Part shown: in pieces, positions 50,672 through 60,167 of the stretch
How the letters are laid out: each line of letters opens with the position of its first letter
Position numbering within the stretch: the stretch's first letter is position 1
From: an uncultured Pseudomonadales bacterium
GTDB taxonomy: Bacteria > Patescibacteriota > Microgenomatia > UBA1400 > PJMF01
Assembly: GCA_964637295.1 (NCBI GenBank)
Contig: CAZWWE010000002.1
Location: forward strand, 43,108-107,107
DNA length: 64,000 nucleotides
Direction of reading: 5' to 3'
The notes under the pieces: generated by a model
Told to the model about the DNA's origin: nothing
The model's database searches: none
Seen by the model: only the letters and a program-made list of their open reading frames with translations
Made by a program: the position numbers and the translations under genes

Positions 50672-51447
50672 AGATTAATTCTCCATAATATAACTTTATG
50701 AATCATTTTAAAAGTATCCAGCATGCTCATGCCTCGATCAAGGTCATGATAAATGGTTTTAATTGGAATTTCGCTAAAAGCAATTTTATATTTAGCAGTT
50801 TTACAGGCAATTTCTAGTTCCACTCCGTAGTCGCTACTTTGCCAATTTAACTGCTGATAAACACTACGGCTCATAGCCTTAAAACCTGAAGGAATGTCTA
50901 ATAAATACTGACCAAATAATAAATTGACCAAAACAGAGGCAAAACGATTGCCGAGCACACGATAAAGAGGCATGTTTTGATCAAAAGCTCGCACGCCAAA
51001 AACTAAACCGTTTTGAGCCAGGTTTGACCTATGAGAGATAAAAAAATCATAAAACTTTTCCAAGTCTAGCGGATGATGTTGATCATCGCCATCCATATAA
51101 ATTATGACATCAGCTTTTAAAACATTAAAGGCGTAGTCAGCGCCGGTTTTCATAGCCGCGCCCTTGCCAAGATTAATGGGATGAATCAATAAGTGCTGAG
51201 TAAATTTGCGTGCAATTTCAGCAGTATCGTCAATTGAACCATCATCGACAATAATAAAATCCGGAGTTTGTTTGCTTAGTTTTTGCAAAAATCCGCTCAG
51301 ATATTTGGCTTCATTGTAGGCGGTGATGACGACAAAAATCTTTAAAGGTGATTGCACTCTGACTATATTGTAATGTATCTTAGAAGTTAAGAGTAGACTG
51401 AGATAAAATGAACAAATTTCTTTATTCATTATTTTTGGTTTTGGCAA
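50668..51447 (-). CDS. GT2 polyprenyl-phosphate glycosyltransferase (GtrB-like)
   Basis: IFVVITAYNEAKYL...FIIVDDGSIDDT...IIYMDGDDQHHP. The true start is probably an internal ATG, since the track start overlaps the divergent gene. Confidence 0.7.
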   Translation of the reverse strand: MPKPKIMNKEICSFYLSLLLTSKIHYNIVRVQSPLKIFVVITAYNEAKYLSGFLQKLSKQTPDFIIVDDGSIDDTAEIARKFTQHLLIHPINLGKGAAMKTGADYAFNVLKADVIIYMDGDDQHHPLDLEKFYDFFISHRSNLAQNGLVFGVRAFDQNMPLYRVLGNRFASVLVNLLFGQYLLDIPSGFKAMSRSVYQQLNWQSSDYGVELEIACKTAKYKIAFSEIPIKTIYHDLDRGMSMLDTFKMIHKVILWRINL

Positions 51448-53018
51448 TTGGAGTTTTTTTAGTTTTATCTTGGAAAAATCCCTATGGCACCAGCTCTTTA
51501 ATTGGCAACTTTGATCCTTTCCCAGACAGTTTGCACTACGTGGTGCCGGCTAGAAATTTTGTGATGGGCAATGGATTTGTTTTTGCTCGAGAAGGTGGAA
51601 AAACCGTTATTAATGTGCCGCCGCTTTATTCTTTGACTCTAATACCCATTTATTTTTTCAACTTAGATGCCAGAAGTTTTTATTTTGCAAATGTATTACT
51701 AGGCATCATTAGTATTGTTTTGCTTTTTAAGATTAGTCAAAAACTGAGCAGATCTGTGTGGTCGACCGGCTTATTGCTTTTCACTTATGTGACTTCTTTT
51801 GTCATTTATTGGCAAACTTCTTTAGCAATGGCTGAAAATGTGTTATTAGCAATTTGTTTAGCAAATTTGTACTTGGCATTACAACCCTTAAATACGAAAA
51901 ACTTAGTCTTAGCAACATTTTTGGCAGTGGCTTGTTATGGAAGTAAATATGTCTCTTTACCGATCACTGGCGTTTTCCTGCTTTTCATAGGGTGGAGAAT
52001 TATCACAGAAGAAAAACAGCCCCAAAAATTAAAAAGAATTTTACTGGTGAGTGTTTTAGCCACCACCAGTTTTCTATTTTTTAATGGCAGTCAATTGTTT
52101 CATTACTTGAAACAGCTTTTTGAAGGAAGTGTAAATAATAATCTAGAAGCCCAAACAGCAACCAGTTGGTTATCAGTTCAATATTTTAGGGAGAGTTTTC
52201 CCAAGTATTTTTCGGCCTTAATGGGTTCACCAATTTATAACCTCTGGCACACTAAGGCTATTTTGCCCACTCACTTGGCTACAGTTGTCTTAATTTGGTG
52301 TCTGTTTGCCATCTTTAAGTTAGCTCAATATCGCCAATTGGCAATTTTAATTCTCGCCCTGACTCTGGCTCAACTTGCTTTTCTTTCCATGATTTTAATG
52401 ATTGAAGGCCGCTATGCTTTTGCTTTCATTCCAATTATTTTGACTGGAGCAGCAGCAATGCTGGGTTGGTTGAAAGAAAAAAGCAGCAAAAAATTGGGTG
52501 AAAAAATCACTATTTTATTAGAAATCGGAGTTGTTAGTATTTTGGCCAGCTTACTTTTACTAAGTAACTTCAAAGATCTCAAAACTCAACTCCTAATCAA
52601 TTTCAAAGGTGGAGAAATACCTTGGTGGCAAGTAGGGGTGCAAGTCGCCGATCAATTGATGCAAACAAAAATAGAGAACGGAATCGAGAAGCCGATTATG
52701 ATTTCCAGTCTTTCACCTTTCGTTTGGGATTTTTATCGCCAGGGTGATTATTTAGTTTTACCTTTGAGCAATAAACAGGACATGGTTAAAGAGAAAATCT
52801 GGGGAGAAGATTTTAATCCTGATCAGCTAACAACTTATTATCAAGAACAATTGCAAGCAGGACGATTAATTTACTTAGCGACGGTGGGTTTTGGCAGAAA
52901 TGACTGGTCAATCTTGGATGAGTACAAAGCTAATGGTCTTGAACTAAAACTTTTAAAAGAAGATTGTGTGGGAGCATGTAAAATCTATAGAGTAAATTTT
53001 ATTAATGTTATACAATGA
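51408..53018 (+). CDS. Polytopic membrane protein with C-terminal extracytoplasmic domain (possible GT-C)
   Basis: 536 aa. ~11 TM helices followed by a ~170-aa soluble domain. Confidence 0.4.
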   Translation: MNKFLYSLFLVLAIGVFLVLSWKNPYGTSSLIGNFDPFPDSLHYVVPARNFVMGNGFVFAREGGKTVINVPPLYSLTLIPIYFFNLDARSFYFANVLLGIISIVLLFKISQKLSRSVWSTGLLLFTYVTSFVIYWQTSLAMAENVLLAICLANLYLALQPLNTKNLVLATFLAVACYGSKYVSLPITGVFLLFIGWRIITEEKQPQKLKRILLVSVLATTSFLFFNGSQLFHYLKQLFEGSVNNNLEAQTATSWLSVQYFRESFPKYFSALMGSPIYNLWHTKAILPTHLATVVLIWCLFAIFKLAQYRQLAILILALTLAQLAFLSMILMIEGRYAFAFIPIILTGAAAMLGWLKEKSSKKLGEKITILLEIGVVSILASLLLLSNFKDLKTQLLINFKGGEIPWWQVGVQVADQLMQTKIENGIEKPIMISSLSPFVWDFYRQGDYLVLPLSNKQDMVKEKIWGEDFNPDQLTTYYQEQLQAGRLIYLATVGFGRNDWSILDEYKANGLELKLLKEDCVGACKIYRVNFINVIQ

Positions 53019-53803
53019 GACAAATGTCAATCTTAGATAGCTTTACAAAATACCGCGAGTTACTGAATGAGCTGACGATGCGGGAGATTAAACAGCGTTA
53101 CAAGCAATCTGTTTTGGGCTATGCATGGGTGATTTTGAATCCTTTTTTTCAAATGTTAGTGATGGCTTTTGTGTTCAGCATTATTATGCGCATTCCTCAT
53201 TTAGGCGTGCCATATCCCATTTTCTTATATGCTGGCTTACTGCCATGGACACTTTTTTCCAATTCGCTTAATGCTGCAGTTAATGCTTTGGTTGCCAATG
53301 CGGGACTGATTACTAAGATTTATTTTCCCAGAGAAATTTTTGTGATTAGTACCATTATGGCGAAGATGGTAGATTTCGCTTTGTCACTGACTATTTTTGT
53401 GGTTTTTATGATTTATTTCAAGGTCGCCATCAGCTGGAACATTCTCTGGGTAATTCCCATCTTTGCTATTCAACAACTTTTTACTTACGGTCTGTCGCTT
53501 TTCTTAGCGGCCGCTAATTTGTTTTATCGTGACATTCAGTATTTATTGGGACTGATTATTCTGATTTGGATGTATTTAACCCCAGTGATTTATTCTACGG
53601 AACTTTTTCCAGAGAAATACCGCTGGATATTTCAGCTCAATCCCATGGCAGTGATTATTAACGCTTATCGCCAAGTGGTTTTGGCCGGTGGGGTACCCAA
53701 TTTGCGTAGTTTGGCGATTGCCCTGGTTTTATCAATGATTTTATTAATTGGAGGTTACAAATTCTTTAAAAAATTAGAGGGCGTTTTCGCCGATGTTGTT
53801 TAA
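53015..53803 (+). CDS. wzm: ABC-2 type polysaccharide exporter permease
   Basis: 262 aa, 6 TM helices. The N-terminus ...ELTMREIKQRYKQSVLGYAWVILNPFFQMLV is the characteristic ABC-2 (Wzm/TagG/KpsM) signature. Confidence 0.8.
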   Translation: MRQMSILDSFTKYRELLNELTMREIKQRYKQSVLGYAWVILNPFFQMLVMAFVFSIIMRIPHLGVPYPIFLYAGLLPWTLFSNSLNAAVNALVANAGLITKIYFPREIFVISTIMAKMVDFALSLTIFVVFMIYFKVAISWNILWVIPIFAIQQLFTYGLSLFLAAANLFYRDIQYLLGLIILIWMYLTPVIYSTELFPEKYRWIFQLNPMAVIINAYRQVVLAGGVPNLRSLAIALVLSMILLIGGYKFFKKLEGVFADVV

Positions 53804-53815
53804 GACACAAAAGCC

Positions 53816-54562
53816 ATGACTGAAAATACAAAGATTGCCATTAAGATTGATCGAGTTAGTAAACTCTTTCACAGACAGAAGCAGAGAACTTTCAAAGAAT
53901 TGATTCCTGCTCTGATTGGTGGAGAAAAGGCAGTGGAAACTTTTTGGGCGCTACAAAACATCAATTTAGAAATTAAAAAAGGTGAAACTATCGGCATCAT
54001 TGGTCCTAATGGCAGTGGTAAAAGTACTTTATTGAAACTCATTGCGGGCGTCAGTAAACCGACCAGTGGTACCATTAAGGTCAATGGCAGAATTGCTCCC
54101 CTGATTGAGTTGGGAGCTGGTTTTCATCCGGAATTAACCGGTAGAGAAAATGTTTTTCTAAACGGCGTCATTCTCGGCATGAGTCACAAAGAAATCAAAG
54201 CAAAATTCAAAGAAATCATCGATTTTGCAGAACTCTGGGATTTCATCGATCAGCCAGTCAAACACTACAGTAGCGGCATGTACTTAAGACTGGCCTTTGC
54301 CGTCGCCATCCACACCGATCCAGAGATATTACTAGTAGATGAAATTTTGGCAGTGGGAGATGAGAGTTTTCAAGGCAAATGTTTCAAAAAAATTGAAGAG
54401 TTAAAAAATAGCGGAGTGACAATTGTCATGGTCTCTCACTCTATGCCTTCCGTACAAAAGCATTGCCAAAGAGTGGCTTACATTAATTTTTCTAATTTAG
54501 TGGCCATCGGCGACACAGAAGAAGTTTGCGCTAGATATCAGGCTGATATCAGAAACAAATAA
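53816..54562 (+). CDS. wzt: ABC polysaccharide exporter ATP-binding protein, short form without C-terminal carbohydrate-binding domain
   Basis: Walker A GPNGSGKST, signature YSSGMYLRLAFA, Walker B LLVDEILAVGDE. 248 aa is NBD only. Confidence 0.8.
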   Translation: MTENTKIAIKIDRVSKLFHRQKQRTFKELIPALIGGEKAVETFWALQNINLEIKKGETIGIIGPNGSGKSTLLKLIAGVSKPTSGTIKVNGRIAPLIELGAGFHPELTGRENVFLNGVILGMSHKEIKAKFKEIIDFAELWDFIDQPVKHYSSGMYLRLAFAVAIHTDPEILLVDEILAVGDESFQGKCFKKIEELKNSGVTIVMVSHSMPSVQKHCQRVAYINFSNLVAIGDTEEVCARYQADIRNK

Positions 54563-54606
54563 GATATTTAAAATTCAAAAACAAGAATCGAAAATGTGTG
54601 AGCTTG

Positions 54607-56388
54607 TTATTTTCTAAGATTGCAGTTCTTATTCCAAATTTCAAAATCAAAATAAGGATAAAAAAATACATTATTAGTATTAACCTTATCAATTGCCGCA
54701 ACTATAAATTGCTCGGCTTTACAATTAATTTGCAGATATCTTGCTGGATCAATAATTAATAGCTGATCGTTTGCTTCTAAATTTTGCACAATATCAAGGT
54801 ATTGATCCATTTTTTGATCAAAGCTAGCAAGACTATTTATAGAGTTTAATCCATTGATCGCTAACAACCTACTTCCCCATTGGCTACTACTAAAATTTTG
54901 ATCAATGTACATATACTGATTAAAATTACTCAAGTTTTCGGTAACAAAAACAATGGCATTATATTTTTCTTTATTATTTTCAAAAAAATTATATGATCCT
55001 TGTGAAAAACTTCGTTGATTATAGTTACTCAAAAAAGGAAAAATTCTCCAAAACAAATAAATTGTTCCAACTATATATAGAAATAAAATTGATTTTGAGA
55101 AATTAAGCTTAAGATAAATATTTTCTAACAACTTATAAATAGCAATAATCGAAAAAACAACAAAAATCATCATAACCACAGAGAATGTTTTATAAAAAGA
55201 ATATTGAGCAGTTCCGGTTGTGGCTAATTGATAAAGCAAAAGTAGCAAAGAAAAAATTAAAAAAGATATGGCCATATATACTAGAACATAATTATTTTTA
55301 ATAAGGTTTTTATTAAAAAGATAGAAATATGTTATCGTTGGAATAAAACAAAATAAAACTAAGGCCACAGAATAATCAACAAATGCTCCATTTGCGCTAA
55401 TCAGCCATAAGGCTTTATCTTCAATTTGAAAAAATTTTATTATCGTTAACAATGAAAAAATAAAGCTTATTAATATTGGCGTTAAATATATTTTCTTTTT
55501 ATTAATTACAAATAAAAAACAAAAAAAAATTAACAAAGCGGGGATAAAAAAGATATAAGAATAAATAAAACCAACTATTAAGGGAATTAAAAGATGCGCA
55601 AAACCCTTATTCTTTTCAAAATTGTTTATAAAAAAGAAAATAATTGTTAATATGAAGATTTGGTTAAACCACATGGAGTAAAAGCCATCAGCTAAAAAAT
55701 AATATGGAATAATCATGCCAAAATAAACAACTAATAAAGCCAATAACAACTTCAGTATAAGATTGCTGTTATCAGATATTAGGGAAATCAAATGATCAAC
55801 AACTAAATAAAGTAATCCCGTCAATACGATCGTTATAAAAACACTAAAAATACTAAAAACATTAATAAAAATTATTTGATCGTAATTGTTATATCCAATG
55901 ATATTTTTTACCAACGTTTCCATTAACCAAACATTGGCGTGAAAACCCAAAGGATAAGTGGCTTTTAATTGATTGCTTGCCAATATTTCTTTTACAAAAA
56001 GAGTATGATTGGCCGCGTCTTGAGTAAAAGAAAAAATAGGCAAACGTTTGCCATTGTTAAAACTTAGAGCTGCGTGATAAAAAGTTAAAAAAGTTAAACT
56101 AGTTGCCAACAGCAACATGAGATCGGTCTTATTTAAAATAAACAAATCTTTTTTATTTTTTTTAAACAACTCTTTTTTGATTAAAAGAAACCAAAGCATT
56201 GAATAAATTAAATGAATAAAAAATAATACGTTCAAATTCAAAACTAAATCAAAAAAATATGAAAGAAAAAAATAGAAAGTATTGACGCCAAAAAAAATCA
56301 CTGTGGAAATAAATAAACGAGAAATCAACCCCTTGGGTTTATCTAAAAACAGGGCATATAAAAAAATAAAAACTAATAAAAAATACAT
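54607..56388 (-). CDS. Very hydrophobic polytopic membrane protein of unknown function (candidate polymerase, ligase or GT-C)
   Basis: 593 aa, more than 12 predicted TM helices (F/I/L-rich), no soluble domain or motif recognised. Confidence 0.4.
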   Translation of the reverse strand: MYFLLVFIFLYALFLDKPKGLISRLFISTVIFFGVNTFYFFLSYFFDLVLNLNVLFFIHLIYSMLWFLLIKKELFKKNKKDLFILNKTDLMLLLATSLTFLTFYHAALSFNNGKRLPIFSFTQDAANHTLFVKEILASNQLKATYPLGFHANVWLMETLVKNIIGYNNYDQIIFINVFSIFSVFITIVLTGLLYLVVDHLISLISDNSNLILKLLLALLVVYFGMIIPYYFLADGFYSMWFNQIFILTIIFFFINNFEKNKGFAHLLIPLIVGFIYSYIFFIPALLIFFCFLFVINKKKIYLTPILISFIFSLLTIIKFFQIEDKALWLISANGAFVDYSVALVLFCFIPTITYFYLFNKNLIKNNYVLVYMAISFLIFSLLLLLYQLATTGTAQYSFYKTFSVVMMIFVVFSIIAIYKLLENIYLKLNFSKSILFLYIVGTIYLFWRIFPFLSNYNQRSFSQGSYNFFENNKEKYNAIVFVTENLSNFNQYMYIDQNFSSSQWGSRLLAINGLNSINSLASFDQKMDQYLDIVQNLEANDQLLIIDPARYLQINCKAEQFIVAAIDKVNTNNVFFYPYFDFEIWNKNCNLRK

Positions 56389-56390
56389 AA

Positions 56391-57554
56391 CTATTCTTTA
56401 AATATTTTAGACCAAAGAAAATTGTATAATTCTTGCTTAAGTTTATCTAGTTCAATTTGATTCGATTTGTTTTTATATTCATCAAACAAATTTCTAATAC
56501 TCTTAGTCCAATTTTTGACATTGTTTTGTTGACGATCATTAATAACGGACAGTAATTTTGATTCAATCTCTATGCCTTCAGCTCCAATTTCTGTGGTAAT
56601 TACTGGTCTACCATAAGAGAGACTTTCTAAAATTTTGAGACGTGTGCCAGAACCAGCGAAAATCGGGGCAACTAATAGATCGATCTTGGCATAGAAATCT
56701 CGCAAGTCGTTTATGTAATCAATAAATTCTACATTTGCTAAATTTTGATAAAAAAGATGATTGTTTTTACCCAAAACAAGCACTTCGCAGTCAATTTGCT
56801 CTAGTTGTAAAGCGGGTAAAATTTTAAGAAGTAAGAAATCTAGAGCTTTTTTATTAGGAGTGTGTTCAACCGAGCCAACGAAAGCAATGGTAAGTTTTTC
56901 TTTATTGCGAGGGGCTAAGAAATCAATTTTTTCTATGCCATTGGGACTGATTTGAATTTGATCTAGACTGAAAAGTTTTTTGATGAAAAAAGCGTCTTTG
57001 CGAGACATGACTAAAACTTTTGAAAAATATTTCAGTAGGTTTTTTTCATAGAAGTAAACTTGCAAACAGCTAAACAACCTGATCAATATTTGCAGTGGAT
57101 TTTTGGAGGCAAAAGCTCTTCTATAGAAAGAAACCGTAGAGATATCTAGAGCCACAAACTCATCTAGTTGTCTTGTTTTTAGATATTTAGCTAAATACAA
57201 CAGTTGCGTAGTTTCAATTCTGATTTTGGAAAAACTGCAATTATTTAATGTTTGCTGTAATTCTTGGATGAGTGGCAAAGAAAAGTAATTGCTTAAATGA
57301 TAAGGAATTCCCTGTTTCAAACTCGTCAAAATTGATTTTTGACAGAAAGAAAATGTTTGATAAAAAACAGTCTGTTGATTTAAAAAAGCTTTATCTTCTG
57401 CAGTTAGAGGCTGATCATCAGCGAGAAAAAAGTAAAAATAAATTTCGTATTTCTTACTTAGGTGCAAAAGAGTTTGTTTGATTCTCGTTGCACCACCACT
57501 AGTTTGCGGGAAAGGGGAAATGCCGGAAATAAGTAGTAGTTTAGGTTTAGTCAT
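56391..57554 (-). CDS. GT4 family (GT-B) glycosyltransferase
   Basis: APIFAGSGTRLKILESLSYGRPVITTEIGAEG matches the GT4 C-terminal motif region. Confidence 0.65.
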   Translation of the reverse strand: MTKPKLLLISGISPFPQTSGGATRIKQTLLHLSKKYEIYFYFFLADDQPLTAEDKAFLNQQTVFYQTFSFCQKSILTSLKQGIPYHLSNYFSLPLIQELQQTLNNCSFSKIRIETTQLLYLAKYLKTRQLDEFVALDISTVSFYRRAFASKNPLQILIRLFSCLQVYFYEKNLLKYFSKVLVMSRKDAFFIKKLFSLDQIQISPNGIEKIDFLAPRNKEKLTIAFVGSVEHTPNKKALDFLLLKILPALQLEQIDCEVLVLGKNNHLFYQNLANVEFIDYINDLRDFYAKIDLLVAPIFAGSGTRLKILESLSYGRPVITTEIGAEGIEIESKLLSVINDRQQNNVKNWTKSIRNLFDEYKNKSNQIELDKLKQELYNFLWSKIFKE

Positions 57555-58312
57555 TAATATCTCCCAATCACACCTAATTTAATAAGCACTTTACCAAAGA
57601 AACTTTGTCTAAAGTTAAATTGTTGACGCAGTTGCTTCAGTTCTTGATGAGTAAAAAGCTCTTGTAGAACTTGCTCTCGTTCTTGATTTAATAATTTTAA
57701 ATTGGTGGAACTGATGCCGGTTTGATCAAAATAAACAATTGGTGTAGCTAAATGTCGCCAAGTGCAAGTTTTACTTAAGAAAAGCTGTAGATTGAAAGCC
57801 CAATCAGCCACAATCTTTAAATCTTCACGGTAAAAACCAAATTTATCAAAAAGCTCTCGTTTAAAAAACATAGCTTGATGACAAAGAGAGTAACGATAAA
57901 AAAATAATTTGCTTAAAAAATCTGGTTGACGGTAAATTTCAGGCTGATTAGTATGAAAATTCAGTCGCTTGGCATCAGCGTAAACGATATCAGTATCAGG
58001 TTTGATTATAAAAACACGATTTAGAGCCTCTGGATCGAGCAAATAATCACCGCTGTGCAAAAATAAAAGATATTTTCCTCTGGCTCTTTTTATTCCCTGA
58101 TTTAATGCCTGATAGATTCCCTCATCTTTTTGACTCTGCCAATAAGCAATTTTGGCTTGATTATTTTTAATCAGCTCCACACTGCCATCGGTAGAGCCAC
58201 CATCAATCACGATATATTCAAAATCACTAAAAGATTGAAAAAAAACACTGGCAAAAGTTTTTTGAAGACCTTTAAAGTTGTTGAGATTGGTAGTTACTAT
58301 GGTTAAAAGCAT
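57554..58312 (-). CDS. GT2 family glycosyltransferase
   Basis: LTIVTTNLNNFKGL...YIVIDGGSTDGS...LFLHSGDYL. Paralog of 59301-60152. Confidence 0.65.
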   Translation of the reverse strand: MLLTIVTTNLNNFKGLQKTFASVFFQSFSDFEYIVIDGGSTDGSVELIKNNQAKIAYWQSQKDEGIYQALNQGIKRARGKYLLFLHSGDYLLDPEALNRVFIIKPDTDIVYADAKRLNFHTNQPEIYRQPDFLSKLFFYRYSLCHQAMFFKRELFDKFGFYREDLKIVADWAFNLQLFLSKTCTWRHLATPIVYFDQTGISSTNLKLLNQEREQVLQELFTHQELKQLRQQFNFRQSFFGKVLIKLGVIGRY

Positions 58313-58344
58313 TTATTATTTATAATCTTATTTAAGACTTATAT

Positions 58345-59277
58345 TTATAAATTTACATATGGCTTGAGTTTATCAAACTTATGATCAATTCCAGCCACGC
58401 TATTACGCAAAACGGCTTCATCGATTTGCTTGTATTCATCATAGAAAAGCTCAGTGATAGCTTGATAACCATTTATAACGCCTTTAAAAGTTAAAAAATC
58501 AAGTTGATTATTAAATTTTAAATTTAAATTATGATAAATGCTTGGATGAACTGGACTTTCTAAAATATCTAGTTTGCCTTTTTTGACTTGAATTCTAAAA
58601 TTAAGACCTAATTTTAACAAAATATTGTCAATTACGTATTGAATTAAAACTGGTTTAGGATGATTTTGAGAATTAAACAGTTTCTTTTTTTGATAATTTT
58701 CACAAATAAAATCAGATATACAAATATCAACCTGATTATTGATCTCACGTTCCTGCAATGATTTTAAGGCATCATTAAACAGTTTTTGGCAATATGTCTT
58801 ATCATAGAAATTTTTATTGTTATATATTTTAACAAAATCGCCACTTTTAAAACCATGAACATAAGCAAATAAAATGTTTAAATCATGGTAAGCTCCCATC
58901 AAGGGCGTGATTAATGGCCCACGATTTTTGATAATGATTTCGTGAAAATCTGGGAAATATGCATTAAAAAATATTGATGGAATGCAAATCTTTTGACAGT
59001 TTCTTTTTAAAAAACTTAGTACGTGACTAGAAGAAAATTCAGATCCATTTTTAAAATTGTTGCCAACTTCTTGATAAATTAACAAGTCAATTTGACTAAA
59101 ATCTGTTTTAATAGTTTGTAAATCACCTTTTGCCAACATATGTACAGGTTTGGCGGGTATGTACTCATAGAGCTTGCTAAAATCATTAGATGCGCTTAGT
59201 TGATCACAAATAGCATCAAGTTGACAATTACCATAAAAAGAAAATTTTAACTTACGTTTTTTTAGAAAATTAAACAT
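58345..59277 (-). CDS. Hypothetical polysaccharide-biosynthesis protein (possibly WcbI-like)
   Basis: The N-terminal FSFYGNCQ motif is reminiscent of WcbI-family capsule proteins. 310 aa soluble protein; assignment tentative. Confidence 0.3.
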   Translation of the reverse strand: MFNFLKKRKLKFSFYGNCQLDAICDQLSASNDFSKLYEYIPAKPVHMLAKGDLQTIKTDFSQIDLLIYQEVGNNFKNGSEFSSSHVLSFLKRNCQKICIPSIFFNAYFPDFHEIIIKNRGPLITPLMGAYHDLNILFAYVHGFKSGDFVKIYNNKNFYDKTYCQKLFNDALKSLQEREINNQVDICISDFICENYQKKKLFNSQNHPKPVLIQYVIDNILLKLGLNFRIQVKKGKLDILESPVHPSIYHNLNLKFNNQLDFLTFKGVINGYQAITELFYDEYKQIDEAVLRNSVAGIDHKFDKLKPYVNL

Positions 59278-59300
59278 AAAAAGTAACTGATTTATTATTT

Positions 59301-60152
59301 TTAATATTGTTTTTTTATACCCACCTTTTTAAAAACATCATTCATTGTTTGCCACATTTTATAAAATTTAGCAGATTGTATGGTTTGCAAATCTTTCTTA
59401 GCAATTGTTAATTCATTTTTCAATTCAAATATGTCTTTTGTCTTTTTAATTGTTCTTTTTTCATAATCCATTAAGATTCTAGGTGGAATTAATTTTTCTA
59501 AGGCTTCTTTCTTTTCTTTTAAACTCATTTCTTGTTTTTTCATAGAAATGCCATTCATATCATAAAAAACAATTGGAAAATTTAAAAATTTCAAAGAACA
59601 GTTATTTAAGATTATTGCTTTTACGTTAAATTCCCAATCAGCCACTATTTTCAGTTTCTCATTATATTTGCCAAATTCGTTGAATAATTCTTTTTTAATA
59701 AACATTGCTTGATGGCAAATTGAGTGATCAAAAAAACGCTTCATCGTTAAATTTTTTGGTTCATTGCATTTATAATTTTTACCATCAGTAGAATTTCTGA
59801 TTGAAGAACCATAATAAATGTCTTGATTACTTTTATGTTTAAAAACTCTTTCCAAAATATTTTTGTTTAATAAATAATCACCGCTATTCAAAAATTGAAG
59901 ATATTCTCCTTTGGCAATATCAATTCCTTTATTCATGGCAGAATAAACTCCATTGTCTTTTTTACTTTCCCAATGAGTGACATTTTTCTCATATTTTTTG
60001 ATTATATTTAAACTGTCATCCGATGAAGCGCCATCTATAACAATGAATTCGTAATCTGTAAAAGTTTGCTCAATCACGCTCTTTATGGTTTTTTCTAAAC
60101 CTTTTGCATTATTCAAATTTATTGTGATGATTGATAGTTTAGGCATTTTCAT
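59301..60152 (-). CDS. GT2 family glycosyltransferase
   Basis: LSIITINLNNAKGL...FIVIDGASSDDS...QFLNSGDYL. Confidence 0.65.
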   Translation of the reverse strand: MKMPKLSIITINLNNAKGLEKTIKSVIEQTFTDYEFIVIDGASSDDSLNIIKKYEKNVTHWESKKDNGVYSAMNKGIDIAKGEYLQFLNSGDYLLNKNILERVFKHKSNQDIYYGSSIRNSTDGKNYKCNEPKNLTMKRFFDHSICHQAMFIKKELFNEFGKYNEKLKIVADWEFNVKAIILNNCSLKFLNFPIVFYDMNGISMKKQEMSLKEKKEALEKLIPPRILMDYEKRTIKKTKDIFELKNELTIAKKDLQTIQSAKFYKMWQTMNDVFKKVGIKKQY

Positions 60153-60167
60153 ATTGGTACGATTGTC

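Noticed and set aside
58345-59277. Confident WcbI assignment
   Set aside because: The assignment rests only on a remembered N-terminal GNCQ-type motif. No further blocks could be verified by eye, so it is kept as tentative.
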